Source: Podarcis pityusensis | Lineage: Eukaryota | NCBI GenBank assembly: GCA_964106645.2 | Contig: OZ067039.1 | DNA: 64,000 nt | Strand: one strand, 5' to 3' | Part shown: in pieces, positions 25,190 to 37,108 of the stretch | Numbering within the stretch: position 1 is the stretch's first letter | Layout: each line of letters opens with the position of its first letter | Program-made: the position numbers and the translations under genes | Notes under the pieces: model-generated | Databases searched by the model: none | Told to the model about the DNA's origin: nothing | What the model saw: only the letters and a program-made list of their open reading frames with translations

Positions 25190-25801
25190 AAGGTAAAAAG
25201 GTAAAGGACGGCTAAGTCCTGTCAAAGGCGACTATGAGGTGCGGCGCTCATCTCGCTTTCAGCCTGAGGAAGCCAGTGTTTGTCCACAGACAGCTTTCCA
25301 GGTCATGTAGCCAGCATGACTAAATCGCTACTGGCACATGGAGAAGGCAGAGCGCATGGAAACGCTTTTTATCTTCCCATCCCAGCGGTACCTATTTATC
25401 TATTTGCACTGGTGTGCTTTTGAACTACAGTGGTACCTCTGGTTACATACTTAATTCGTTCCGGAGGTCCATTCTTAACCTGAAACTGTTCTTAACCTGA
25501 AGCACCACTTTAGCTAATGGGGCCTTCCACTGCTGCTGCGCCGCCGCTGCACGATTTCTGTTCTCATCCTGAAGCAAAGTTCTTAACCCGAGTAATATTT
25601 CTAATTAACCCGGTAATATTTCTGGGTTAGCAGAGTCTGTAACCTGAAGCGTATGTAACCTGAAGTGTATGTAACCTGAAGTACCATTGTACTAGGTTGG
25701 CAGAAGCTGGGACATAGCAACGGGAGCTCACCCCATTGTGAGGATTCAAACCGCCGACCTTCCCGTCAGCAAGGCTTGGTGGTTTAGACCACAGGGTCAC
25801 C
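25190..25801 (-). mobile_element. Sauria SINE (variant subfamily) split by a MITE
   Basis: SINE sequence is continuous across the 25428-25689 insertion. Confidence 0.8.
25428..25689. mobile_element. Same MITE family as 3530-3755, opposite orientation
   Basis: CAGTGGTACCTC...GTACCATTG, TA TSDs, internal sequence is the reverse complement of 3530-3755. Confidence 0.88.
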
Positions 25802-26065
25802 TCTAACCTGAACCATTAAGGCTGAAACATGCTTATTTTGTCGTAAACCTTAGGCCACAGGCAAAAACATTCCTCTTTAGCCAGGCCAAATATAATCTAT
25901 GGCCTGTGAAAGTGTGGGGGAGTGGACTGTTATTATGATGATGGTGATTAGGCTGTCTGTCATTATGTTTTTATTATGTTTATATCACTGATGTTCTGTA
26001 TTTATGTGTTTTTAATGTTGTACACTGCTCTTGGATCTTCTGATAAAGGGTGGTAAATAAATTGA

Positions 26066-26098
<33 letters not shown>

Positions 26099-26499
26099 CT
26101 CAGTGATACTTACTTCTGAGCAAACATGCACAGTATCAGAGGACGCAAAGATGCCACAAGTCTTGCAAGCGGCAGCTCATCTTCTCCCTCTCAGTTTGGG
26201 GGGCAGTGTACCAAACTGGCACAAACATTGTCAGAAACATGTTTTGTTTCTGAGTGGAGAGGCTCACACTCGGCCACAGCTACATTAAAATGCTGTGGTC
26301 TCTACATGGACCTCTATAAGCATCTATTACTTCCAACCTGGAGAAAGTGATGGAGAAGAACTCCCATTAGATACAGATTTAGATACAGATATAGATATAG
26401 AGTGAGAGAACTTGAGCCCCTGTCCTGTCAGTATCAACTACATCCACGAGCTAGCCAACTAACAACATCGGGAGGGGAAAGAGGTAGCGCTTATCTCTA

Positions 26500-26800
26500 A
26501 GCAGATAGGAAAAGGGACCAATAGGAGAGAGGCGAGTTTTGTCTCGAGGCTTTCGGTGAACAGCTGGTGATTCCCACGCCTCCCACACGCCCGTGTACCC
26601 GCGCCATCTTCTGTTGGCTTCTCAGAGTGGTTTGCAAAGTACGAGAGTTTGGTTTATTTTTTGGACACTCCCTCCGCGCTAAAAATAACTCTTTTTTTTA
26701 AAAAAATGCCTCCTAGTTTCTTCCTCAGTTCCCCCAACCCCAACCCTACGCCGGGTTTATTCCTGCCTTCTGTGAGTTTGCAAACAGCAGCGCCTCCCTG
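26500..26800. promoter_or_regulatory. Second CpG-rich promoter-like patch
   Basis: CCAAT 26518-26522, CCACGCCTCCC Sp/KLF-like box, YY1-type CGCCATCTT 26602-26610. Confidence 0.45.
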
Positions 26801-27165
26801 AGAGAACCTTTTCAGTCCTTCAGCCAAGGACTAATCGAGAAGTTTATTTGTTTAGGCTTGACGTAGAGACTGGGATTCACTGTTATCACCAATCTCTGTC
26901 GTTGTGAGTGGCCTTTGGCTTATTGTGTATACATTTTTAAGCTTCATATAGACTCATATGGCTTATACTGTATGTACTTGTAGTTCTTGCATTTTATGGG
27001 CATTTGGCTCCACCCTTTAAAAGAGGGATGTATGTGTCCGTAAGGGCAGCTGTGGTCAGGGAACACATGCTCTGCGTTCAGAAGGTCACTAAGGGCAGAT
27101 AATCTTCTGGAGACAGACATAAAAGAGCAAAATTGTGGTCTGTGAAGCTTTGCAGTGAGTTACAG

Positions 27166-27443
27166 CAGTGCCGGATTTAACTCTTTTGGCCCCTCCAAAA
27201 TCCCCCCCCCCTATTAATATACTTCTTCTTAATTGTATTTCAGTTCAACAATTACTTTGATAAAATACATATTTTTTATGTGCAAATGGCTTTAGATACC
27301 TATTAGGTCCATAAATTACCATATAGCATATATTCAACACAAAAAACAGCAGCAATTTGTTGTTGACAAAGGACAGCTGGACATACAAAGGGCCCCATTA
27401 CCTTCAGTAGCTTAGGGCCTCATCAAACCTAAATCCAGCCCTG
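27166..27443. mobile_element. hAT-type MITE
   Basis: CAGTGCCGGATTTA / TAAATCCAGCCCTG TIR, 8-bp TSD AGTTACAG/GGTTACAG. Confidence 0.75.
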
Positions 27444-27666
27444 GGTTACAGTGTAGTATTCTGCACACTCAGCACATGTTTTTTAATAAATGAAGCCTCC
27501 TAGGTCTACCCAACGTTACCTGAACTCTGGAGTCTTATTTTACCAGGCATGGCTAAACCTGCAATTGCAACATGGTTGGTTGCAAATCATCCCCAGAAGG
27601 TTAAGTGAGTAGAGTTGCCCCTCAGCTGTATTATTATGTCTAACCTGTCTGCATATTTTTAAATGG

Positions 27667-27700
<34 letters not shown>

Positions 27701-29220
27701 TTATTTATACCCCACCCATCTGACTGGATTTCCCCAGCCACTCTGGGTGGCTCCCAACAGAATATTAATAATAAGAAAGCAACAACATCAAACATTAAAA
27801 ACTTCCCTAACCAGGGCTGCCCATATGAATGTTGGTTGCACTTCTTCCTTTTCCTAGTGGCAACTTGATTTAAAGCCCAGCCCCTGACAGCTGCTTAGCC
27901 CGGAGAGTTTTGCTTATTTCTTTCCTGTCTTTGTGCCTTTAAATGAACATGGCGATATGTAGTGCCTGTGCAATATCGGGCAAATATTATCAGGTTCACA
28001 ATACTCCCATTTAAATATAGACAAATGTTCTCTTATAGACACTAGGAACTTGAACTTACAAGTGGCCTCTTCATAAATATTAGACGCTTGTGCATTATAA
28101 TGAAGTATTATATTTTTTTAAAAAATGTTTATAATTTGCTCCAGTTCGTGCAGTTATGCAAAGGACATATACCCTTTCTTCCGTTAGGTGGCAGAATGGA
28201 TCCATCATCATAACCTTTGAAATACCAACTACTGCATCTCAGAAGCTGGAGTTTACTGCAGTGCTATTTGTAGCAAAGAATGGATCTGTGGCTCAGATGG
28301 ACAAGAAATGGCATATCTGCCAACATAGATACAAAACCAACAAATTGTAAGTTTGCATAAAGGAATACAATGAAGTATATCAATAAGGAAGTCCCAGGAT
28401 GGTGCATATATCTGTGAATATTTGTTGCATTGGCAGGTGTGAAACAGAAGTTAATTCATATTGATTTAAAGCTTTTCCCAGCAGATATCATTAGGAGGTT
28501 GAGATAATGATTGAATTCAAGCAGTCAGCATTGGCCTCTGAAGCCATTGGAGACTGAACTTATGGGGGGCTGTGCATATCCCAAAATTCTGCATTAGTGC
28601 AGGAAAAACAAACCCAAACATGGATTTTGGTATTGAGTGTGCAGAATTAAACATCCTGGGAATTGCAGTGTTTTTATAACAAGCAAGTTTCTAGTCCTTA
28701 TTGGGAGTGATGAAAGGATTGTCTGTAAGTGGGCAGGAGCTGCTGAAATCTCCAGGTTAGAGCAGCAGAGCTTCAGTGTCGGGTGCAGTCCTTTTTTTCC
28801 TCCTTGTGAAGCAAAAGAAATAGTGCAAAGCACATCAATATACAGAAATATGCTTAGAATTCAGGATAACGTGGTAGATAATTTTGAGTTTTGGAGACAG
28901 CACAGCCCTGAAAATGCCTACTTGCCTTCCATGTTACTTTATGCACAGAGGACCTAGGAAAAAGATCCTTTAAAATTATCAAGGATCCAATATCCTGCAC
29001 AAACTCCAACCCATGTGCTTTAGGAAAAGAGGTAGAGGAAGTATGTGCCTTCCTGTGGCTAGGTGAACTGAGGCTACAGCCATATTTGCATTTATGTGAA
29101 AACTACCAGTTAGCGATGGTGATGCATGAAGATGCTTCCATTGGCAAGTGACCATGAGTGGTTTCTTATACATTTTTATTACGTAGCCCTAATTCTTCTC
29201 ACTGCTGTAAATCAGTAGTA

Positions 29221-29471
29221 CAGTGATAGCTTGGGTTACAGACGCTTCAGGTTACGTGTTTTCGGGTTGTGCACTGCGCCGAACCCGAACGGGTTACTTC
29301 CCGGTTTCGGTGCTCATACATGCGCAGAAGCGCTATATCGCACTTTGCGCATGCGCAGAAGTGCCGAATCGCGACCCGCCCATGCACAGACGCAGTGCTG
29401 TGGGTTGTGAACGCTGCAGGTTATGAACGTGCCTTCTGCACGGATCACGTTCGCAACCCAAGGTTCAACTG
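29221..29471. mobile_element. Tc1/mariner-pogo-type MITE (diverged)
   Basis: TA-CAGTG...AACTG-TA ends, CpG-rich palindromic interior (TGCGCATGCGCA). Confidence 0.7.
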
Positions 29472-30442
29472 TAATGCAGGTGGTAAAGACCAAAGAACAG
29501 CAACTCTTGCCTTTTCCCCACCCCATCCCAGTGTCTGCTGTGGCTGCCTTTCTGTGTCGTTAAATAGTGCAAGAAGCAGCTTTGCCATAAAAATGGTGCT
29601 CAGAGGATATTATGTACACAGTATATTCTAGAGCAAGCTGAGGTGAAAGATCTCATACATATAAACAACCAATGCGGAGATTTCCAGGCTGCAAGATATG
29701 ATTGCACAACTGGGAAATTAGCCTGAGATTGCAGCTGACACCGCTGTGCGGTTGTGGCTCAGCAAACCCTTTATTTCTAAAGTCACAGTTCTCTGCTCAG
29801 GGCAGGAGCTTTGCTCCAGAGTTACGGACGTGTGACTTCCATGTGCATTCTCAGCACAGTTGTTCCAAGGCTGACAGCCCTGTTCAGTTTCTCTCTTGTC
29901 TCCAGCAATAGTGCCACCTAGTGTATCTGACAGGAAACCGTTCAAGGTGTAGGCAAACAAAATTTCAATTTGGTTTTTGGAAATGTAAAGTTTGGAAATA
30001 ATGCCAGATGCTTTTAATTCATCAAGAGTTCTAACTTTCCGTTATCTGTGTTTGAATGCCAATTTGCTTATTTTATGTACAGTACTGTGCTTGTGGCAGT
30101 GAAGCCTTCTGCACTGATTTTCCCCCTTGGGGAAAGGTTTCAGAATGCTTGCAGTCCATCTTCCATGAGAAAAGTGAAAGTTCGCTGTTTGGCTGGGATT
30201 AAGATTTCAAACAGACCTTAGAGACAATTGTAGCTTTCTTGTGGGATAGACTTGAGGACTGGGACAAGATTCTGGGAGATAGGGATGTTCAGGAACAGGG
30301 AAACCAGAGACAAGTTGGGTGGTGCAATGAAGTTCAGCCTAGGCAACAGTTGAGAAACAGGAATGGTAAGGGAAGACTTCTTTGCAGGTTTTGTCCCAAG
30401 GGAGAGGCACGTGAAAGTTTTTCTGTCTCTGATATTAAAGAA

Positions 30443-30893
30443 TAATAATTTTATTTATTTATATCCCGCCCTAACCAGCCAAAGCCGGGCTCAGAACGGC
30501 TAACAACAGTAAAAATAACACAGTTTACATAAAATCATAATCAATTAATTGAAATACATTCTAAAATCAATTCATTCTAAAATCAATTCAGAGTCAAATT
30601 AATGGCAACCATTGGGCTAGAGTTCTATACGGATTACAAAAGGACTGTGCCTCAGCCAAAGGCCTGGTGGAACAGCTCTGTCTTGCAGGCCCTGCGGAAA
30701 GATGTCAAGTCCCGCAGGGCTCTAGTCTCTTGTAACAGAGCGTTCCACCAGATCGGGGCCACAGCTGAAAAAGCCCTGGCTCTGGTTGAGGCCAGCCTAA
30801 CCTCTCTGTGGCCCAGGATCTCCAAGATGTTTTTATTTGAAGACCGTGGGACATACCGGGAGAGGTGGTCCTGTAGGTACGAGGGTCCTTGCA
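30443..30893 (-). mobile_element. L2 LINE 3' end
   Basis: GPSYLQDHL...RARAFSAVAPIWWNAL...FRRACKTELF, with an AATAAATAAA tail. Confidence 0.85.
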
Positions 30894-33564
30894 CCTTGAC
30901 TGAAGTAGGGGCACTGTTTGCTGCTTAGTCATGGCCAGGAAAATGTATTGGGCTACTGGTGGTGAATATACAGGGTTAAAGGAAGGGGGTGGGCAAGGAG
31001 AAAACAAGAAGAAGGCAAACTTTCACACTGAAGCTGGAAGAGGCTGTGCAGTACTGTCAAAGAAGCACATTGGCCAGGGAGACTTGGCAGGACAAGGCCT
31101 ATGCAAACACTTGGTTTAAGGATTGTATGTCTGATATAGGTTCTTCATAAGGCAATCATTAGGGCTCAGGCATAATTTGATGGAAGCTGGGGACATCACA
31201 ACTATATTGGTTTTTTTGAGACTTGGCATTCTAATCTGAGACTGGGCTTTAGTTTGGTGTTCAAGTGGACTAAAGGCACACAAAAGCTGGAAGGGGAAGC
31301 AAGCCAGGTTTGGTCTCTAGCTTATACTGAGCTAGAAATGTGACGCTTTACCACGGCTACCCCACGTGCTATTACCTGGGCTAATGGAAGCTGTCACTTG
31401 TTGTTGATTACTGCCTGTCTGCCTGCCAAAATGTGTATCACACGCTAAGGGGACAATTGATTCTTCAGATCATATGAAATGCCTGAGCAAATAAAAATTG
31501 AACAAACAGTCTATCACTGTCTGTAAGTTAGGATGATAAGCCTCAGAAACTCATACGTGCGCATATGCTAGCTATCAGGTAGAGGTGTGAGAGAGTGTGT
31601 GTGTCTGTTTAGGAGAAGCAGAGAACGTTGAGCTTCACCTGATTTTGCTACCAGCAGAACTCTCTGCTGTCTCTGCTCCTCCTTCTTGTCTGCAAAATGC
31701 TTCAGGAGATCTTTCCAATGCAAAATGCAGTTTGAATTATATCGAAGTGTTGCATCAGTTTCTCTCTGATTTTCGGATATCAGAACCAACCCAAGTATGG
31801 AATCAAGATTAACAAATCTGATAAAGCAAATGTCAGTTTTGCTTAACATTCAGTGTGAACGTGGAAGTGAGTCGCGTTAAAATATTCTTTTTGTCAGCAT
31901 GCGTTTGTGCTGCTCCCACCTGTATCCACATACTGGTTCCAGTCTTCATTTCCCACTTTTATTCAGACTTCCATCCTGCATCTCTTTCCACATCTTCTAT
32001 TTATTGCTCTGAACCATTTCCCTCTGCCTCTTCAGTTTCTACTCTCAGTCACCTTGACCTCTTCTGCCTCTCTTCCTTTCAGTGTGAACTTGCTGACTCT
32101 CCTACCAGTGACCACTTTCCTCAATCCTCTGCCCTCTATTCATGCTTTTTAAGGCTCCTATTTCTTTTATCGCATTGTCCTGCTTTCTTCTCCAACTCTT
32201 AAGAGATGCTGCATTGCTAGAAATGCCTGATATTAATTGAATTATTGTGCTCCTGGGAAGGTTTCAATCAAAAGCTATTCTGCAGTTCACTCTTTTAATA
32301 ACATTTTGTGCATATTTTCTTTGCTTTCCTTCTCGCTCGCTCTGGTGCTTTCTGCTGTTTTGCTTTTTTCCCTTCTCTTCCTTGTGCTCAAGAACTCTGC
32401 ATAACCAATGACAAAAGACTGTAATTTCAGCCCAAGGCTGTATAGATAGCAGCAAACTAAACTATGGATTATGCCTTACTTGAAACTCATGCTGAAGGCG
32501 ATTGCTACTAGCAGGAAATTATTAGTGCCAAAGGGGAGAAGCAATGTATATTCTTGCCCATTAGCAGGTTCAAGCAAAGTGATTGGTGAAGTTAATAAGA
32601 AGAGAAAGCACCAAACTTATTAGATTGCAGCCTCTTAAAGAAAGCATATAATTGGCCATTCCTTCAGATCTTGCCTGAGAGCCAAGAATGAATGTGAAGT
32701 GCTAACACACCTTGATTTCCCACTAAGAGAGGCATAAATGGAGCCAGAATCAAATTTGGGCAAGGACAATATCCCTTAATTTGATTTGTCCTTTTACCTT
32801 GAGAGAGGCATCCAAGAAGAGTTGACACATGAGAGCCAGAATTCAGGTCAATAAGATACTCTTTTCAGATCAGCATCAAGTCAAACACACCTTGCAGACT
32901 GCTTGCATTACAATGGCACCTGGGACGCAAGGGTAGCTGCTCAGAGTCATTCTGTCGGCTCCAGAGAGTAGGATGAGCAAAGCATATGTTTGGAACTTGA
33001 AGGAAATTACTGTAATGTGGTCAGAGAGGCTGGTGTTGAAGAGAACACAAGAATGGTGTTGCATGGACTGAAGCAAAGGACAGATAACCCAAAACTAAGC
33101 ATTGACTAACAGTTCATTGGCATGACCTTTGAGGGTTTGGTAATATAGTGTAAATGACTGACAAAGGATAGCTGCATGCTTCCCAGCCAGATATAATTAC
33201 AAATTTGTTCTGCCTGACTAACACCACTGTATTGGCCTTTGTTTGATATAGGCCACTCAAACTGCTATGTCTTTGGGTGTCCCCCCCCCCCAAACTGGTG
33301 AAACGGTTAGAATGGCTTTGACCGCTTATACAACTGTTGTCCAGAAGAATTTGCAATTTCTGTGCAGTATGGAAACTGGCTGGAGCAGAGGCGCTGAGTT
33401 GCACCCAACATTTTTTGGGGGGGTGGGCTGTTACGCATTTGTGACATCACACATATGCCACTGCTGCCCTTCAACCTAGACAGGCCGACTCAACTGTTAC
33501 TCAGAAGTGAGTCCTTCTGACTTCAATGGGAAATACACCCAGGTAAATGTAATTATAGCCTACT

Positions 33565-33952
33565 GGGATGCAGGTGGTGCTGTGATCTAAACCACTGAGC
33601 TTCTTGGGCTTGCCGATCGGAGGGTCGACAGTTCAAATCCACATGACGGGGTGAGCTCCTGTTGCTGTCCCCCAGCTTCTGCCAACATAGCAGTTCGAAA
33701 GCATACCAGTGCAAGTAGATAAATAGGTACCGCTGTGGCAGGAAGATAAACGGTGTTTCCATGTGCTCTGGCACTTGTCACAGTCCTCCGTACACTAGTA
33801 GCGGTTTAGTCATGCTAGCCACATGACCCAGAAAACTGTCTGTGAACAAACGCTGGTCCCCTTGGCCTGAAAAGCGAGATGAGCATAGCACCCCTTAGTT
33901 ACCTTCAACTGGACTAACCATCCAGGGCTCCTTTACTGTACTTTTACCTTTT
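33565..33952 (+). mobile_element. Sauria SINE (older/longer variant)
   Basis: Diverged head, GTGCAAGTAGATAAATAGGTACC core, TTTACCTTT tail. Confidence 0.85.
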
Positions 33953-34115
33953 AATTATCAATTTTGCTTTAACTCAGAAAGATGGTGGCAACCAACTTAG
34001 CTAACACATGTAAGAGAAGTAGCTGCAATATTTTATTCTGTAAATTTTATAAGTGATGCAAAGAGGAGCAGGCAGCAAAGGAAATTGACCTTCCAGCTCT
34101 TAACAATGATAATAT

Positions 34116-34591
34116 TGTTGGAATTCTGCCTGGGTCAGAGGAATGTGCCACAACGTAGGCACCGGCAGATATTCCTGTCGACCTCCCCGCGTCTCCCAAC
34201 CTCTGCTGATAAGCAGGCGAGGTCCGGCGATTCTTCTCAGATGTATGAGAGGAACACACCGTTCTTCCTCTCTCCCCTTTGGTGTCCCCAGGGAGGGGAA
34301 AGAAGCAGACAGAAAACTATTTACATCATTTATTTCTGCCTCTTACATCAGTACAGAGAATCATGTCTGCACTCAACAACAGCAAGAAGAAAACTCCTCC
34401 CAAGTACATCCAGTACGGGTCATATGACACACACACACACTGAGCTAACATCCGGTGCTCAGTACAGAATGGACTGCCCCTTTGTTCCCATGGCAACAGT
34501 CACAAACATCCTGTCTGGCTTTCCAGCCACAAGCAGCTGGCTGAGCTGCTGGAGCCTTTGCTTGCTGCAGCATTGGTGCTTTATGGTAACA
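34116..34591 (-). repeat. 3' LTR
   Basis: Preceded on the element strand by the purine tract TAGGGGGAGTA (34592-34602). Confidence 0.95.
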
Positions 34592-37108
34592 TACTCCCCC
34601 TAAAGTATCAATGTGTGCTGCGAGCAAAGCGTCATCCAGAGAAGAAAACAAACAGTTGTTATATTTATAACATTCCCCTGTTGTTTCAGTTCCACCCTTG
34701 GAACTACCCGCCACTGGTTTAACCAATGTACCTCTCTGGTTGTGTGACTTCGCATTACCTTGGTTAACAACTCTCTGTTGTGCCTTTGTCTCTGACTCAG
34801 ACACAGCTTCAATCTGTCCTTGGTCGTTTACAATAGCAACATATGCAAGGTTAGCAAACTCCTTTGAATACCTCTTGGGTGGTACACCCTTCGTTGCTCT
34901 CTCAGACCTACGTAAAAGTTGCTGCTCTTCTTTGCTTTCTGGTTCAGCCTCTGAACTCTCTGGAGAACCAGTACTAAGCTTAATCAATGGTTCATCCTTC
35001 ATCTGTGAAGGTCTATCCATTGTGTGAGATTTTCTCTCAATGACTGTGACAACTGAGCTGTCTGAGCTATCGCTGTCATCATCAGTACTACTGAACTCAA
35101 TAAGATCAAACTCATCATCATCATTATCATCAGAATCGTTTCCTGTGGGAAATGTCTGTACTATCCGCTCTTGCTTTGGAGCACTCTCTAGGAACTTTGT
35201 GAGAATCACCTGACCAGATTCAGACAAAATTACTCTGTAGAGACCCTTTTCATATCCCACAAAAATGCCTCTGGCATTCTTTACTCCACCTGGAGCTTCT
35301 GTTCTCACATGAGACCCGAAAACCTTAAAATAGGCAACAGAAGGTTTTCTATTGAACAGCTTCTCAAAAGGAGAACATCCCAACTCTGTTGAGACTTTTC
35401 TCAACCACACATGAAGATAGGACGCTAGCGATTCGGCCCAATATTCATGTGGCAAATGTGAACTCAGCAATTGCGCATGCATCCCCTTTTGCAATTCTTT
35501 GTTCACTTTTACACAGACTCCTCTGTTCCACGCTTCTTGTGAAACTGCCACTTTGTGGTCTATCCCTTTTCCATCCAGGAACTTCTGAAACTTCTGTAAC
35601 AGAAAAATTTGCTTCTCATCTGTGAAAAGACAATCAATGTTAGCATCATGCATACTTTTAACCTTGTCACAAAACTCCTGAAACTTTTCTAAAGTTTCTT
35701 GCGGTTTCTCCATCATATAAACCCAAGAATAATTAGTGAAACAATCCACACACAAAAGGTAAAATCGTGCACCGCCTCTAGATGGTTCTAGAGGACCAAT
35801 CACATCAGCATACACCCGCTGAAATGCTCTGTCGACCTTCTTGGTGTTAGTCACCTTCCTGGTGCTCACACTGGTCACACCTGCAAGAGAGATTTCGTTA
35901 GAAACAGAAGAATTACATTTCATGTAATCACTTTGATCAAAAGTCAACAAATACAGTCCATCTTTCTCTTTGGCAGTAAGAAACAGTTCTCCATCTTTGT
36001 AGATCTTGCAGCTTTTAGCATCATAGGACAGTTTCAGTCCTTTCTTTGCAATCTGCGACACGCTCAGCAGATTAAATCTCAGTTCTGGAACCAGGTAAAC
36101 ATCGCTTATAGTCAAGTTCAGACTCTCAAGATACACAGTCCCAATTCCAGTCGCTTCCAACTCCTGACCGTTGGCCTGTTTCACAGTGAAGCTTTGCTTC
36201 TTCAACGTCGAAAACAGTCCTCTGTGCGGGCACAAATGTTTTGTACAGCCCGTGTCGATTATGAACGAGTTCCCAACATCTGGCGTGGCTCCTTTCGCCA
36301 TCATAGCCTTTGCAGGTTTCACCTGGCACTTGGTACGGCTTTTGCCTGACGCCTGAGGCTTCGTAGAGCTGCTCTTTGCTCCTCTTGACTGGCGCGGCTT
36401 CTTACAGTTTCGCTGTAGATGCCCAGTCTGTCCACAATTGTAGCATCGGACAGCACTCAATGCTACACCATGCTCTCCAGTAGCATCAGCAGTGGGGGAA
36501 TTAGAACTCTGTTCTTCCCTCCCCCTTTCTTTTTCTTCCAGTGCAGCAAGTCTGTCGTGTTCATTCAGGACCACAGCACAAACTCTCTCCGCGGTCAGCT
36601 GCGCGGCCGGTAGGGAACCAAGCTGACTGGCAACAACCTTGTAGGTGCGGCTAAGGCTGTTTATCATCATGAAGCAAAACACTTCCTCCTGAAGACGGAA
36701 ATTGCGTTCCACCATCTGTTGACGCAGAAACTTCATTTCTGTCAGGTGTGCTTGAACATCTCCATCAGGCGCAAGTCTCAGATTGGTCAATTTCTCAAAA
36801 TACAGCAACGCTGAAGAACCAGCATCTCTCTGATGCGTTGTACGCAGCGTGTCCCATACCTCTTTCGCATTTTCTAAATGCTGAACATGCACCAACTGAT
36901 CATCTGAGACACACAGAATCATAGCAGTCCTGGCCCTTACATTTCGTGATTCCCAACCTCTGGTTGGTGCTGCAGGGATGGGGTTTTCAATTACATCAAA
37001 AAGCCTCTGATTCTGCAGCAGGGCCTTCATCTTTACAGACCAAGATGAATAATTGTCATTGGTTAAGGGAAGTGGGCAAGGCAAAACTCCCCCTTTCTTG
37101 GCATCCAT
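34445..37108 (-). CDS. 887-aa Copia Gag-protease-degenerate integrase polyprotein
   Basis: Copia Gag N-terminus (LTNDNYSSWSVKMKALL), CCHC knuckle CYNCGQTGHLQRNC (36404-36445), protease IIDTGCTKH (DTG at 36248-36256), rve-like core VYADVIGP...FTD...YWAE...SPFE...FKVFGS, GIFVGY motif, LRRSERATKGVPPKRY linker. Confidence 0.9.
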   Translation of the reverse strand: MDAKKGGVLPCPLPLTNDNYSSWSVKMKALLQNQRLFDVIENPIPAAPTRGWESRNVRARTAMILCVSDDQLVHVQHLENAKEVWDTLRTTHQRDAGSSALLYFEKLTNLRLAPDGDVQAHLTEMKFLRQQMVERNFRLQEEVFCFMMINSLSRTYKVVASQLGSLPAAQLTAERVCAVVLNEHDRLAALEEKERGREEQSSNSPTADATGEHGVALSAVRCYNCGQTGHLQRNCKKPRQSRGAKSSSTKPQASGKSRTKCQVKPAKAMMAKGATPDVGNSFIIDTGCTKHLCPHRGLFSTLKKQSFTVKQANGQELEATGIGTVYLESLNLTISDVYLVPELRFNLLSVSQIAKKGLKLSYDAKSCKIYKDGELFLTAKEKDGLYLLTFDQSDYMKCNSSVSNEISLAGVTSVSTRKVTNTKKVDRAFQRVYADVIGPLEPSRGGARFYLLCVDCFTNYSWVYMMEKPQETLEKFQEFCDKVKSMHDANIDCLFTDEKQIFLLQKFQKFLDGKGIDHKVAVSQEAWNRGVCVKVNKELQKGMHAQLLSSHLPHEYWAESLASYLHVWLRKVSTELGCSPFEKLFNRKPSVAYFKVFGSHVRTEAPGGVKNARGIFVGYEKGLYRVILSESGQVILTKFLESAPKQERIVQTFPTGNDSDDNDDDEFDLIEFSSTDDDSDSSDSSVVTVIERKSHTMDRPSQMKDEPLIKLSTGSPESSEAEPESKEEQQLLRRSERATKGVPPKRYSKEFANLAYVAIVNDQGQIEAVSESETKAQQRVVNQGNAKSHNQRGTLVKPVAGSSKGGTETTGECYKYNNCLFSSLDDALLAAHIDTLGGVCYHKAPMLQQAKAPAAQPAACGWKARQDVCDCCHGNKGAVHSVLSTGC

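Noticed and set aside
34085-34603. Plus-strand ORFs duplicated at 37528-38201
   Set aside because: Antisense frames of the two LTRs, useful only as support for LTR identity
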